From: Pelagomonas calceolata
Lineage: Eukaryota
Assembly: GCA_918797485.1 (NCBI GenBank)
Contig: CAKKNE010000001.1
Location: 682,001 to 746,000 of the forward strand
DNA: 64,000 bases
Direction: 5' to 3'
The translations under genes and the position numbers were made by a program. The notes under the pieces were generated by a model. The model did no database searches and had not been told where the DNA came from. It saw only the letters and a program-made list of their open reading frames with translations. Of the stretch, positions 33,301 to 43,918 are shown one piece after another; the stretch's first letter is position 1, and each line of letters starts with the position of its first letter.

Positions 33301-35536
33301 ACAAGGTCGTGAAGAAGCACGCGCAGGGCGTCGGCGCCGCTTTTACGGATCTCACGACGTCGTGCGCCGAGATCCAAGGTGAGTTGGACGCGCTCGAGCC
33401 GCAGTGGCGCGCCTGGGTCGCGACGCTGCAGAAGAAAGTTTTAGCTGAAAAAGATGTGGACGACAAAAGAAGTGCCGCTTCTTCCGCTTCGGATGCGGCC
33501 AAGGATGCCGCTAATTCTTTGAGGGATGCGGAAGCATCATCAGTGAAGGCTTCCTCGAGCTACGACAAGGCGTGCCACTTGGCGGATCTCGGAGCGAGTT
33601 TGCGCGACGCGGTCCACGCGCGCGACGCAAAAAAAGAAACTTTGGATAGGGTCGCGCAGGACGCCGGGACCGGTGGGAGGCGGTCTCGCAGAGATATTAC
33701 CCGAGATTTGAAACGCTTGCAAGATGAAAAGGAGGCGGCGGTGAACAAGCGGGCGCAGGTTACACTCGGTGTCTGTTAACTTCGCGTCGATGGCGTCGCG
33801 TCGACGGCGCCCGGCGCCACCCGCACGCCATCGCCGCGACGCACCACAAATGACACCGTAACTACACATAGGCCGAAAAGGACAAGGCCGAGGGCCTCCA
33901 GCAGGAGAACGCCATGATCTCGCGCAAGGCCGAGGCGTCCAAAGCTGTAAGTGATCTCGAGCAGCAGCTCGCCGAGAAGCGGCGCTGGGAAGCTTCCCGG
34001 GACGACGCCGCCAAGACGAAGCGCGACTGCGAGAAGCGCGAGAAGGACATCAAGGCCGACGCGCCCCAGCGCAAAGCTGCCTTAGATAAGGCTAAACGTG
34101 ATCAAGAAGAGGCCACTTCCCAATGGACGGCGCGGAAGAAGAAGGCTCGTTCCAAAACGAACGGCGCGAAAGCAGCTGCGTACGCCGTGAAACAAGCCGT
34201 CGCGCAAGCCTCGAGGGGCGACAAGCGCATCGCCGACGCCGAGAAGACCCTGGCGGAATTACAAGAGACGAAGGCGCGCTTCGAAAGAGACGTGGCGGAG
34301 GCGGAAGATGCGGCCGCGGACGTCAACGCCCAAATCGCCGACGCGTCGAAGTCGGAAGATACTAGGATGTTGGAGAAGAAGGAGGTCGAGGGTGCGTGAA
34401 CAGTGTGGAAATCAAATTTCGATGCGATGTTGTGACTGCGTCGGCTCGATGGCGTCGACGCGTGTCGCGACGCTTCCGTTCCCGCGCAGGCGTCCTCGAG
34501 TATAGAGCCCAGCAGAAGAAGAAGGAGGCCTGCGAAGAGAAATTGAGGCGGGCCAAGGACCAGGAACCTGATCAGGATGATGAATTTGCCGGTCGATCGC
34601 AGCAGGACCTTAGTCGTCGGTTATCGAGGATCACGCAAGAGCTGGAAAGGGTCGCGGCCGAGAAGGGCGAGCACGAAGGGCAACGGAAGCAGGCGCGCGA
34701 AGTGGCGCGCGAGCACGCGAACGACCTCGCGACGGCGCGCTACAAAGGTGTGGAAGAGCGGCATAGAAGGGCCATGATCGACAAGGAGACGACCGAGATG
34801 GCTTGTAAAGATGTGGATCTCGGCGTCCCGTTGTGTAGAGATGCCTTCACGCCATCGACGCGACTCGTGTCCATCTCACGATGACGTGGGTGGTTTCTTT
34901 TTCGAGTTTGAGGCCGTTCGGAGACCGCGATGCTCCACGCAGGTCGAGCACTACTGGACGGCCCTCGACAAGGCCCTGGGGTCCTTCCACCGCTTGAAAA
35001 TCGAAGAAATTAATCGTATTATTAAGGAGTTATGGTCGGTCACGTACATGGGCGAAGATATAGATACGATCGAGATTGTTTCGGGGGAGGACAACGGTTC
35101 TAAAAGAGCTGCTCGTTCCTATAACTATCACGTGCGCATGCGCAAGCAGGGTGCTGCCTTAGATATGAAGGGGCGGTGTTCGGCCGGGCAGCGGGTGTTG
35201 GCTTCTATTGTTATTAGGTTGGCTTTAGCTCAGACGTTCTGCATCAAGTGCGGCATTCTGGCGTTAGACGAGCCGACCACAAACCTAGACGAGGCCAATC
35301 GCCGAAGTTTAGCGCATGGTCTTTCGAGGATCATCGCGGACCGCGCGCGGCAGTCGAACTTCCAGCTCGTCGTGATTACTCATGATGAAGAATTTATCGC
35401 CACGCTACGCACGGAGATGGCGGCCCAGGCGGGCGCGTCCATGCCCGAGCACTACTGGCGCATCAGTCGGGAGGAGGTCGGCCAGGGCAAGTTCTATAGC
35501 AAGATCGACAAGATCCCCATGGACCAGCTGCAGTAG
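30354..35536 (+). CDS. RAD50: DNA repair protein RAD50
   Basis: [21 protein letters not shown], zinc hook [31 protein letters not shown]. Introns 30787-30895 (GC), 31390-31454, 31911-32053, 32351-32446 (GC), 33150-33237, 33759-33871, 34392-34489, 34813-34942. Confidence 0.95.
33158..33237. mobile_element. Introner element in the RAD50 zinc-hook codons
   Basis: CGGTGTGGAAATC...GTCCACGCAG flanked by GTCCCGTG (33150-33157) and GTCCCGTC (33238-33245). Confidence 0.85.
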
Positions 35537-35654
35537 TAGGTCTTTCCTATATCCCTGTGTAACGAAACGTGAAACTAGGTCTACTACTCCCCCCCCCCCG
35601 CCTGGGGTCTCTCCAGGAGAGAGAGAGAGAGCACATAAGGTCCTCTCCAGGACT

Positions 35655-37535
35655 CTACTCCAGGACGGGCCGCAGGCGCAGGAGCTGGTCGACGTCGACG
35701 TTGGCGAGCTGCTCGCCCTTGACGCGCACGTAGACCGAGTTCAGCGGGCTCGCGGACTTGTGCTGCTTGTTGAAGCCGAAGGTGTTCAGCTGGCGCTGGA
35801 ACGACGAGTAGTGCTGGTGCCGGAAGTAGCTCGGGAGCTTGGACTCGAGCTTGGCGGGATCCGGGATGACGATGGTGCCCTCGCGCGTCCAACTGATCAC
35901 GTCGGGCTCATCCCGGATGAGCTGCACGAGCTTCACGAGGAAGGGGATAGGCTTCTCTGGCCGGGGCTTATATTTGCGCTTCGGCTTCGGCGCAGGACCC
36001 GGCGAGACGGCCGCCCTGCGGCGCGCCGGTTTCTTGGCTGCGGGCTTCTTAGGCGCGACGGCCGGGGAGGCGTCGTCTTTGTCGGCCCAGTTCGTGTACG
36101 AGCGCTTTGGCTTTCGACCCGAGCGGCGCGGGGCATCATCGGAAGGACCACGGTCGTCGGCCGGCGGGCCGGCCATGGGAACATCGTCGTCAACCGGCCA
36201 GGTCGGCGATCTCACGCCGGTCTTGACGTTGTAGTAGTATATTTTGTCCGAGAGCGGGTCGGCGAATTGCGCCCAGTCCCCGTAGGCTCTCGAACGATCC
36301 GATGGCGGAGTATTCGCCGGGAACGTGTTCGGAAAGCGCGGCCTTGGGGCTTGTTGCTGGCCGCGCCCTGTCTGGCCGCGCGGCTCGGCGTTGACCTGGC
36401 CTCGTACCTGCTCTCGTAAATGGTCTGGTACTTCGATCTTGTCCTCTTCCGACAGGAAGGTGTTGAAGCCGTGTAGTAATTCCCCGTAGCCCTGGAAGAG
36501 CGTGCTGACCCTACGTATGACGCCGGGCATGTCGGTCTGTTGGCTCGTACAAGACTTCATGATCTCCAGGAACTCGTTGTAGATCTCGGGCTTGTCGCCG
36601 AACTCGGCCTTGACCTGGTCGAGGTAGCTAAGCGAGTGGACGGTGTCCGCCGGCGCCGGCGGTGCAGGCGCGGGTGCAGGTGACGGCACTGGCGGCGCGG
36701 GCGGCGGCGGCACCGCGGGCGTTGCGGCGGCCGCGTGGAGTGCCGTGGCCGCTGCCCGGGCCGGAGTCGCGGGCGGCGCGCGAGTAGCCTTGGCGGCCTT
36801 TCCTTTGGTGCGAGCCCGCTTCGCTGCGGGTGTCGACCGGGGCCCCTCGTCGATGCACTCCTGCCGCCGCTTGGCGGGAAGTTTCGGAGAAGGCGTCGCC
36901 GGCGCGACCGGCGAGGCCGGGCGCGTCTCCTGGCACACGTCGCACGCCGCATAATGGTCCTTGTTAAGGAAGGTGCAAGCCGGGCACGCCCACTTTGGCG
37001 CCGTCTCGCCACTATCGTCGTCGTCGTCGTTGACGTGCTCGTCGGGCGGCTGGGGCGGCCGCGCCGGCGGTGCGGCGGTCGCGGGAGCTGCCAGGGGAGA
37101 TGGCGGCGCCGCGGGCGGCGGCCGCGTCTGCTCCGCGACGACCGGCGATTGCCGGGCCGCCGCTGGCGCCGGAGGTGGGACGGCCGCCGGGGCCGGAGGC
37201 GGGACGGCTGCCGGGGACGGCGGGACGGCCGCGGGGGCCAGCGACGGGACGGCTTCGCCCCTCAGCCGTCGCCATCCCCGTAGGAAGCGCGCGCGCGCGA
37301 TCGGCGACCAGGATTGAAAACCTGTGAACGCGTCGAGGTCTTCGAGCGTAGCTATAGCTTGGAAGTCCCCGATGGCATCTGCCTGTCTACAGACAAAGCG
37401 CCGCCTCTCCTCACCGCTGACGTGGTCTGCGACCCACGCGTCTCTGGCTGCGGCATCTGCGGAGGCCATGGCAGCCAAAAGGGCTGCCTCTTCCCCGCGC
37501 GGCTGCTTTGTCTCGAGCCGAAGCCAAAAGGGCAT
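35655..37535 (-). CDS. Multidomain regulator: SAM-like, RanBP2 zinc finger, PAH (Sin3-type), WW, HSF DNA-binding domain
   Basis: WACPACTFLN..CDVC; SYLDQVKAEF..YNEFLEIMK..LLHGFNTFL; WAQF..YYYNVKTG; PFLVKL..ISW..YFRHQHYSSFQRQLNTFGFNK. Confidence 0.85.
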   Translation of the reverse strand: MPFWLRLETKQPRGEEAALLAAMASADAAARDAWVADHVSGEERRRFVCRQADAIGDFQAIATLEDLDAFTGFQSWSPIARARFLRGWRRLRGEAVPSLAPAAVPPSPAAVPPPAPAAVPPPAPAAARQSPVVAEQTRPPPAAPPSPLAAPATAAPPARPPQPPDEHVNDDDDDSGETAPKWACPACTFLNKDHYAACDVCQETRPASPVAPATPSPKLPAKRRQECIDEGPRSTPAAKRARTKGKAAKATRAPPATPARAAATALHAAAATPAVPPPPAPPVPSPAPAPAPPAPADTVHSLSYLDQVKAEFGDKPEIYNEFLEIMKSCTSQQTDMPGVIRRVSTLFQGYGELLHGFNTFLSEEDKIEVPDHLREQVRGQVNAEPRGQTGRGQQQAPRPRFPNTFPANTPPSDRSRAYGDWAQFADPLSDKIYYYNVKTGVRSPTWPVDDDVPMAGPPADDRGPSDDAPRRSGRKPKRSYTNWADKDDASPAVAPKKPAAKKPARRRAAVSPGPAPKPKRKYKPRPEKPIPFLVKLVQLIRDEPDVISWTREGTIVIPDPAKLESKLPSYFRHQHYSSFQRQLNTFGFNKQHKSASPLNSVYVRVKGEQLANVDVDQLLRLRPVLE

Positions 37536-37827
37536 GCCAACCCGAACTTTTGGATGCCTCCGCGAAGGCTATTCGAAGGCGCACAATCGTCAACAGACGG
37601 CGCCTTACATGTGCGCAAACGCGAAGCGCCACTGCTGGGGCGCGTAATTTGAAATGACATCGCGCGTGTGTCGGAGCGTCGCGGCGATGGCGTAGGACGC
37701 ACCGGACGCCATCGACGAGTATGTCATTTTTTATTTTCTTGGGGGAGGGGATCGGCGACGGGCTGCTCGACCAGCTTTATCACGAGCGGGGAGATGCTTT
37801 CCAGATCTTCTGCCGTCACGGTCATTA

Positions 37828-38679
37828 TCAGCGCTGGAAGCTCCGGCGACCGACCGGCTCCTGGTGCTCCGTCAAGAGCATGACCTCGGTCCATCCGGGC
37901 GGGGGGTCGTTCCCCGGGCGGAGCGCGGCGTGGCCGTAGGTGCGCATGGATTTCAGGAGCATGAGCGACTCCGGTAAAGGATTTCTCATAGATCTCACGA
38001 AGCTCCGCTGCTGCGCCAGCACGTCGGCGTAAGTACAAAGAAGCGTCAAAAACCGCCCGTCGGGCGTCAGGAACCATTCGAAATCAAGGAGGTCCGGATC
38101 GGAGCGCGCGTTTTCTTGCCGCACGCGTATGTCTTCATTAATGGCCTCGAGATCGCCCACGACCTCCATCTCGTAGATCACGCGCTCGGGCGCACAGACC
38201 GGGCGCGGGCGGCGGTGCGGTTGGCCGAGGGGCCCGTGGACCTCCAGCACGATGCCGTCCGCGGTGCGCGTGAAGGCGTCGGCCGTCCGTGCGATCTCGA
38301 CGAGGTCGTCATCGTAGCGACCGTATTGAATGACGCGGACGACGCGGCACAAGCGCCACAGGCGCCGACCGATGCCGCTCCCGACCCACGCCTCGGCGTG
38401 CTGCTTCGCCGCGGCCTCGCTGCTCGCGTACGTTTGGAAGAGCGTCAGCTCGCGGCCGTCGCGGAACCACTCTACCTCGAGAACACCAGCGTTTCGCCGG
38501 CTCGCGATCTGGAGCTCCTCGCAGATGGTCGCGAGCGACGGGTCGTCAACGATTATCTCCAACTCGGCGCGTGTGACGACGTGTCCCTGGCGCGACGTGG
38601 CCGACGGGTCTTCTATCTTTTTGCCGGCGACACTTGTGGGAGAGTCCAGGGTCTTGCTGTGAGCACTGGCTGCGAGCAT
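37828..38679 (-). CDS. Protein with two ABM/dimeric alpha-beta barrel-like repeats
   Basis: Internal repeat GVLEVEWFRDGRELTLFQTYAS vs DLLDFEWFLTPDGRFLTLLCTYAD. Confidence 0.55.
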   Translation of the reverse strand: MLAASAHSKTLDSPTSVAGKKIEDPSATSRQGHVVTRAELEIIVDDPSLATICEELQIASRRNAGVLEVEWFRDGRELTLFQTYASSEAAAKQHAEAWVGSGIGRRLWRLCRVVRVIQYGRYDDDLVEIARTADAFTRTADGIVLEVHGPLGQPHRRPRPVCAPERVIYEMEVVGDLEAINEDIRVRQENARSDPDLLDFEWFLTPDGRFLTLLCTYADVLAQQRSFVRSMRNPLPESLMLLKSMRTYGHAALRPGNDPPPGWTEVMLLTEHQEPVGRRSFQR

Positions 38680-38978
38680 TGCGAGTGAATTGACTGCTGG
38701 ATTCGCGGCTGCAGTGGAAGCCTCTCAGAGTCTCAGTGAGAGCCTTGGAACTTTGCGTAAACGTAGGGCGAGAAGCCGAGGAGTCGTGAACTAGTATTCA
38801 CGAGACGTTTAGGTTGTAGAAGAATCGGCACTGGTTTCCCCCTCCTCACCGAGTCTAGAGCAGCACTGCTCTCAGAGCCAATGCCTGTGCTTTTGCAGCT
38901 TCCTAGAGCTCTAGAGCGCGCGGGTATATCGCCGCGCTGCGGAAGGCTCTGGAGCCCTGGGGCACCTCCTAGCTTACA

Positions 38979-39449
38979 CTAGTAGATTTGCGCAAACGCG
39001 TACCGCCACTGCTGGGGCGCGTCTTCGGGCGCGAACGGCGGCGCGCCGTCTCCTACGAAAGGCTCGTCGCGGAACGCGTGGAAGCACGCCTCGCCGTCGT
39101 CGTAGAAGACGCGTAGCTCGTGATCCCGCTGTGTCGTGACGCGCCCCCGGTACCAACGGCCATCTCCCGGCCAATACACCTCTACCCAGCGGCCGACGCG
39201 CGCGTCGCGACGAGCGCGCGCGACGGGCTCGCCCCTTAGCTCCCGCAGTGCCGACAGGAACCGTAACCTAGGAATCGCCGGCCAACTGCTCAGGTCCGTG
39301 GCGAACTCGATGTGGGCGAGCGGCGCCAATCGCAGGTCGTCCAGGCAGTCGACGGCCCGGCGCACGCGGGCCCGCCGCGTCGCGTTTGGAACGTGCAGCC
39401 CCAACCACGCGTCCAGGGCGGCCGTGAGCGCGTCGAAGGGCAGGGCCAT
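38979..39449 (-). CDS. Small SAM-like + Tudor domain protein
   Basis: VGRWVEVYWPGDGRWYRGRV..RVFYDDGE Tudor signature. Confidence 0.7.
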   Translation of the reverse strand: MALPFDALTAALDAWLGLHVPNATRRARVRRAVDCLDDLRLAPLAHIEFATDLSSWPAIPRLRFLSALRELRGEPVARARRDARVGRWVEVYWPGDGRWYRGRVTTQRDHELRVFYDDGEACFHAFRDEPFVGDGAPPFAPEDAPQQWRYAFAQIY

Positions 39450-39586
39450 GGTACCAGAACGCGAATTTACCAACCTGGAGACGGGCCGATCAATCAGCGG
39501 CCCGAGGTTCGTGAGCGGTCCACGAGGTTGCCCCTCGCGCCTCCTTGCCCTGCGTGAGGGGCCGGAAACCTTGACCCGAAAATAGC

Positions 39587-39610
39587 GCTAGCGTCCTGTA
39601 AGACACTAGC
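39587..39610 (+). repeat. 24-bp intergenic dyad element
   Basis: GCTAGCGTCCTGTAAGACACTAGC. Confidence 0.9.
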
Positions 39611-39749
39611 CAACAAGCAAGCAAGTTTTGCGGCGCCCAATCGTCGGCGCTGAGATCCTATCGATCGCTAGGCTAGGTGCAAAGGAGCTCTCACAGCACG
39701 ACGTCGCCGCGAGCGCGGGTTGCATCAATCGCGAAGCCGCGTTGCAGCC

Positions 39750-41668
39750 ATGCGCCTCCACCTCCTCACATGGCTGCTCGCCGCAGCGACTGCTGTTGAC
39801 CTCGGCAAGACGACATACAACCTCAATTTGATCGTAGAGGCCGGCAAAACCACCTATGAAGCGACGCGCGACGACGCCGACGCTCTGCTGAAGCATGCGG
39901 TGGATAACGGCATGGGCACGAGCGTGCAACTATTGCTGCGGTCGGCGGCGGACAAGGTGCGCCGTTCACTTCTGGAATTAGAAGCAAAGCAAGCGACGGA
40001 GAGCAAGCTCTCGGAGACGAAGGACGAGGGCCCGCCCCAAACGCTCACGAACGCGACGGTCGGCGTGCGTGCTCTCAAATCCACGTTCGCCAAGCCCAAG
40101 AAATCCAACGCGATGAAGCGCATGACCGTGGCCGACTTTGCGAAGGCGGTCGAAGACGGCAAGGCCGCCTCTTTACTAAAAAAGCCTCTGATCGTCGAGG
40201 GCGGCGTCGGGGCGCTCGACGAGCTCCGCTCCCTGCTGAGCGCCGAAGCGCTCATGGGCCATGCAGGCGTCACGCTAGAATACTTCACGCCGGCCGTGTC
40301 AAAGCAGAAGCGCACCTTCGAGGAGAACCAGCAACCGCAAGAATGGGAGCACAACGACGTGTCCGTCGAGCGGTACTTCGTAAACTGTTTCAACCTACGA
40401 GCGAAGCCGGACTTCCGCAAGAGAGGCGGCGCGCAGACGGAACATTGTGAGCAAGACGTCGCGTGGTCAACCTTCTTCGGCGGCAACGCGACGGGCCTTC
40501 TGACGGAGTCCCTGGAGGTGGCGGGCGCGGCCCTCGACGCCGACCTCGGACGGACGCGGTTCCTGCTGAAGGCGGTTTCAAATGGCGTGGACGCGGCGAA
40601 GATGGCATTGAAGAGCGCGTCGACGCGGCTCGTGGTCGGTCCCGCCGGCGCGGGCGAGCACCTGCGCCAGCAGCCGACGCCGCTGCTCGACGGCCTTGTG
40701 CACGGGGAGCGGCGGTGGTTCACGATGCAGCCGGACACCTTCATGAAATTACGGAGCAAGGCCGAAGCCTCCGGGGCCTTGGAGCCGTCGTCGGCCTTCG
40801 TGTTTTTTGAATCTCAGCTCGAGGAGCTCGTCGAAGATTTGGATCTGGGGGCGAAGGGGCTGAGCTACCGGGAAGGAAGTCAAAAGCCGGGCGACGTCGT
40901 ATTTATTCCCCCTTCCACTATATTTACGTCGCTGACGTACGCGGACGCGGCGTCGGTGCGCGGCACGCTTGGGACTGCCGGCGACGCGCTGTGTGGAATC
41001 TACACGCAATCGAGCAGATGCAGTCCCGGGGATGACGTCGCGTCGCTGGCGTGGGGCGTCCGAAATTTGATTCCACACAGGCGACGCGGCGAACGCGGTA
41101 GATGCAAAGCTCTGGGCGCCGGAGGGCGCGCGGATTCCCGACAACGTCGCGGCGGCCGCGTGCTACGGCGACCACTTCGACGCCCAGCAGGCCCAGTCCT
41201 CGGCCGCGAGCGCCGGCGCCCGCATTTCGCAGGCCGGCGCGCAGGTCGCGATGATGGCGCAGCAAATCCTGCCGCAGATCTTTCCGACGGCCGCACACCG
41301 TGATTCCCTCGCTCTCGGAGCCCTCGCCGACTGCGCGGGCTTCCGGAGCGTGTCTGGTTCGTTAGCTGGGTCGCAGTGCCGGGCTGTGTGGAAATCAAAT
41401 TTTACGGCGCGTTCGCGCTGAATCGCCGCGTCGACCTCCACGCCATCGACGCGACACCTGCTCGATGGCGTGGCGATGCCGGTTCCTCACCGCTCGACGG
41501 AGCCAGCACGGCAGCGTCATCGCCGAGAAATGACTTAGTGAAGAAAGAATTTTCGGGTGCACCCGACACACTGGTTGATTTCCACACAGGTGCCGGGCAC
41601 ACGCGAGGCCGTGCGCGCGGACGCTCGGCATCGCGGGCGAGGACTGGGTCGCGGGCGTGCTCGCGTAA
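39750..41668 (+). CDS. Signal-peptide-bearing JmjC/cupin-like protein
   Basis: LVVGPAGAG..LVHGERRWF..QKPGDVVFIP; introns 40981-41080 (GC-AG) and 41376-41589 keep the frame to TAA 41666-41668. Confidence 0.7.
40989..41080. mobile_element. Introner element with perfect 8-bp TSD
   Basis: CTGTGTGGAATC...GATTCCACACAG flanked on both sides by GCGACGCG. Confidence 0.92.
41384..41589. mobile_element. Full-length-like introner element with perfect 8-bp TSD
   Basis: CTGTGTGGAAATCAA...TTGATTTCCACACAG flanked on both sides by GTGCCGGG. Confidence 0.95.
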
Positions 41669-41764
41669 TCAAGCTAATTGTTAAGTGGCCTAGTAATACT
41701 TCGGCTGCTGCTTGCTGGAGCCGCGTAGTACTAGTAGTAGAGCTATTTGTCAAATGCGAGTGGC

Positions 41765-42241
41765 CTAGTAATGCTTCGGCTGCTGCGCCTGGACGACGAC
41801 TCCGGGCTGCGGCTGCTGAACCGTCACGACGGACTGCTGCTGCTGCGGCGGGTAGACGGACCGTTCGTCGCAGGGCACGCAGAACGGGATGAGACAGCAT
41901 GGCCAGACTCCGCAGATGAACAGGACCCCGGCGATACTAAGAGAGACGACCCCAACGAATTTCTCCCGATGCGGCCCGGCAGGCTGCGGCTGCTGGACCA
42001 CGACGGCGGGCGGCTGCACGGCCGCCGGCGCCTGGTAGACGACCTGGCCCACGGGTTGCTGCTGGTCGTACACGACCTGTCGCACGGGCTGTAGACCGGG
42101 CTGCACAACTGAAACGGCCGCGGGCTGCACGACGACCGTGCCAACAGGAGGTTGTTGTTGTGCCATGGCAGCGGCCTCGGCGCCCGAGACGTGGCCCGGG
42201 GGCATCGCCTCGCGCTCACCCTGGTACTGCTCTCCTTGCAT
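41765..42241 (-). CDS. Small Pro/Gln/Val-rich protein with a Cys-rich transmembrane segment
   Basis: VVVQP repeats; hydrophobic segment ending WPCCLIPFCVPCD. Confidence 0.65.
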   Translation of the reverse strand: MQGEQYQGEREAMPPGHVSGAEAAAMAQQQPPVGTVVVQPAAVSVVQPGLQPVRQVVYDQQQPVGQVVYQAPAAVQPPAVVVQQPQPAGPHREKFVGVVSLSIAGVLFICGVWPCCLIPFCVPCDERSVYPPQQQQSVVTVQQPQPGVVVQAQQPKHY

Positions 42242-42614
42242 TTTCGTCGAGCTGGCTTTTTTCGATGCAGAGCCTCTGGAGAGCCCAAGCTCGCGCGCAC
42301 GCGGTGATCGACGGCAAGGCTGCCCCAGCAGAGAGAAGTAGGTAAGAAGAGAGACGCGATGTGCGGGAGTGAACCCCTGGGAGCGCTACCCAGACACACC
42401 ACGCACGAAGCGCAGACTAGCTAGTTCAATGACACACTAGGATCAATGGGCTCTCCGGCGATGAGATGAAAATTATCGTCGGTAAGGCCGAAAAGATCGG
42501 GCGGGGGTTGGCGAAGGCTGCGGGCGAGTAAGAGTGTGAGAGTCAATGTGCAGTCCGCGGGCGACTATTCTTTTTGTATGGAACTTACTGAAGTAGGCCC
42601 ACTTAGTATGGTTC

Positions 42615-43127
42615 CTAGCCCCTCGATCCGGCCCGCGCCGCGACGAAGGAGGCCGCGACCGAGCGCGCGACGGAGACCGAGCTCGGGAAGACGTCGCCGG
42701 AGCCGAAGCCGTCGGGCATCTGCAGAGCAGCGATCGTCGCCGCGTCCGCGACGTCGTTCCACGCGATCGGCGCGTCCTTGTCCTGGTAGATGTCGTGCGC
42801 GCGGTCGGGCAGGGACTGGGCGAACTGCATGAGGATCCGCGGGATCTCCGCGTCGGGCGTCGTCGCGTCGGCCTCGGCCTGCTCGACCATGGACACGAGC
42901 GTCCGGCGGAGCGGCTCGCCGAGCTGCTCGCGGCGCCGCATGACCGTGTCGATCCAGCCCGCCATCAGCGGCGGGAACTGCGGCGGCCAGGCGCGGATGT
43001 CCCAGGCGACGGGGACGCGGTTCGGGAAGAACGCCTGGAGCGCCGCCTCGCCGCCGCCGCCGAGCACGTGGGGCCGCGCCTTGGCCAGGCGCGAGAGGAA
43101 GTCGACGGCCTGGTACACCATGAGGAC
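42615..43127 (-). CDS. Hypothetical protein, last exon; 5' structure unresolved
   Basis: Coding-like frame VLMVYQAVDFL... preceded by an introner-like segment ending CGCGCAG at 43128. Confidence 0.45.
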   Translation of the reverse strand, partial: VLMVYQAVDFLSRLAKARPHVLGGGGEAALQAFFPNRVPVAWDIRAWPPQFPPLMAGWIDTVMRRREQLGEPLRRTLVSMVEQAEADATTPDAEIPRILMQFAQSLPDRAHDIYQDKDAPIAWNDVADAATIAALQMPDGFGSGDVFPSSVSVARSVAASFVAARAGSRG

Positions 43128-43918
43128 CTGCGCGAGAGCACGTCGCGACTCGCGACGACGTCGCGTCGATGGCGTGGCGGCCGACGCGATGGCTCCAGCA
43201 CGCCGTCGACGTCGGATCAATAGTAGAGACCGTAGCGCCCGTAGCGACCGTCGACGCGCGTCGAATTGTGATTTCCATCCGTTCATCGCGAGGAACGGCG
43301 CGGGCACGAAGCAGAACCGGCCTTTCGGCGAGCCATCCGTCAGCGCTGCGTGGGGCGTCCGCTCGCGTCGACGCGGCGCGGTTTATCTTTGCACGGCGAC
43401 GCACAGGAGACCAGCAGGCAGTAGTGTGAAAGGTTAGGGTCGGCGGCGCGGAGCAATTCGAGCGCGGCGAGCCGAAGCAACATTAAATTGCTGAAGTCCG
43501 GCATCGTTTTACGTAGTTTGTCGATCCATTTTGCTATGACTACGGTTTTTTCGAGCTATCGACCTCGATTTTGCAAGTCGATTTTGCGGTCTCGCACATC
43601 GAAGCCAATGTACTCATTTGTCTGACCGTCCCGCGGACGCGTTCTGGAGCTCTTAGAGAGGCGCTCTATGATTCCCGGAGGCGCGGCCCCGCACGATGAG
43701 CCTGGCTTTTTTGCCCAGCCTCCCCCGCTCGCTCGCGCAGTCTTTCCGCAGCGAAGGACCCGCCGGAGGACCCTTACGGTTCCTCTCGAACAGCCTGCAC
43801 CGATTTCGAGCATCGCTGTTGCAACGACAGCGTCGCTGCATTGTGCTTTGCTACCCTCCTGGCTAGCCTCCGCGTCGCCGCGGCACACCGCTGGTCGAAA
43901 GAGTGCGAAAATACGACA

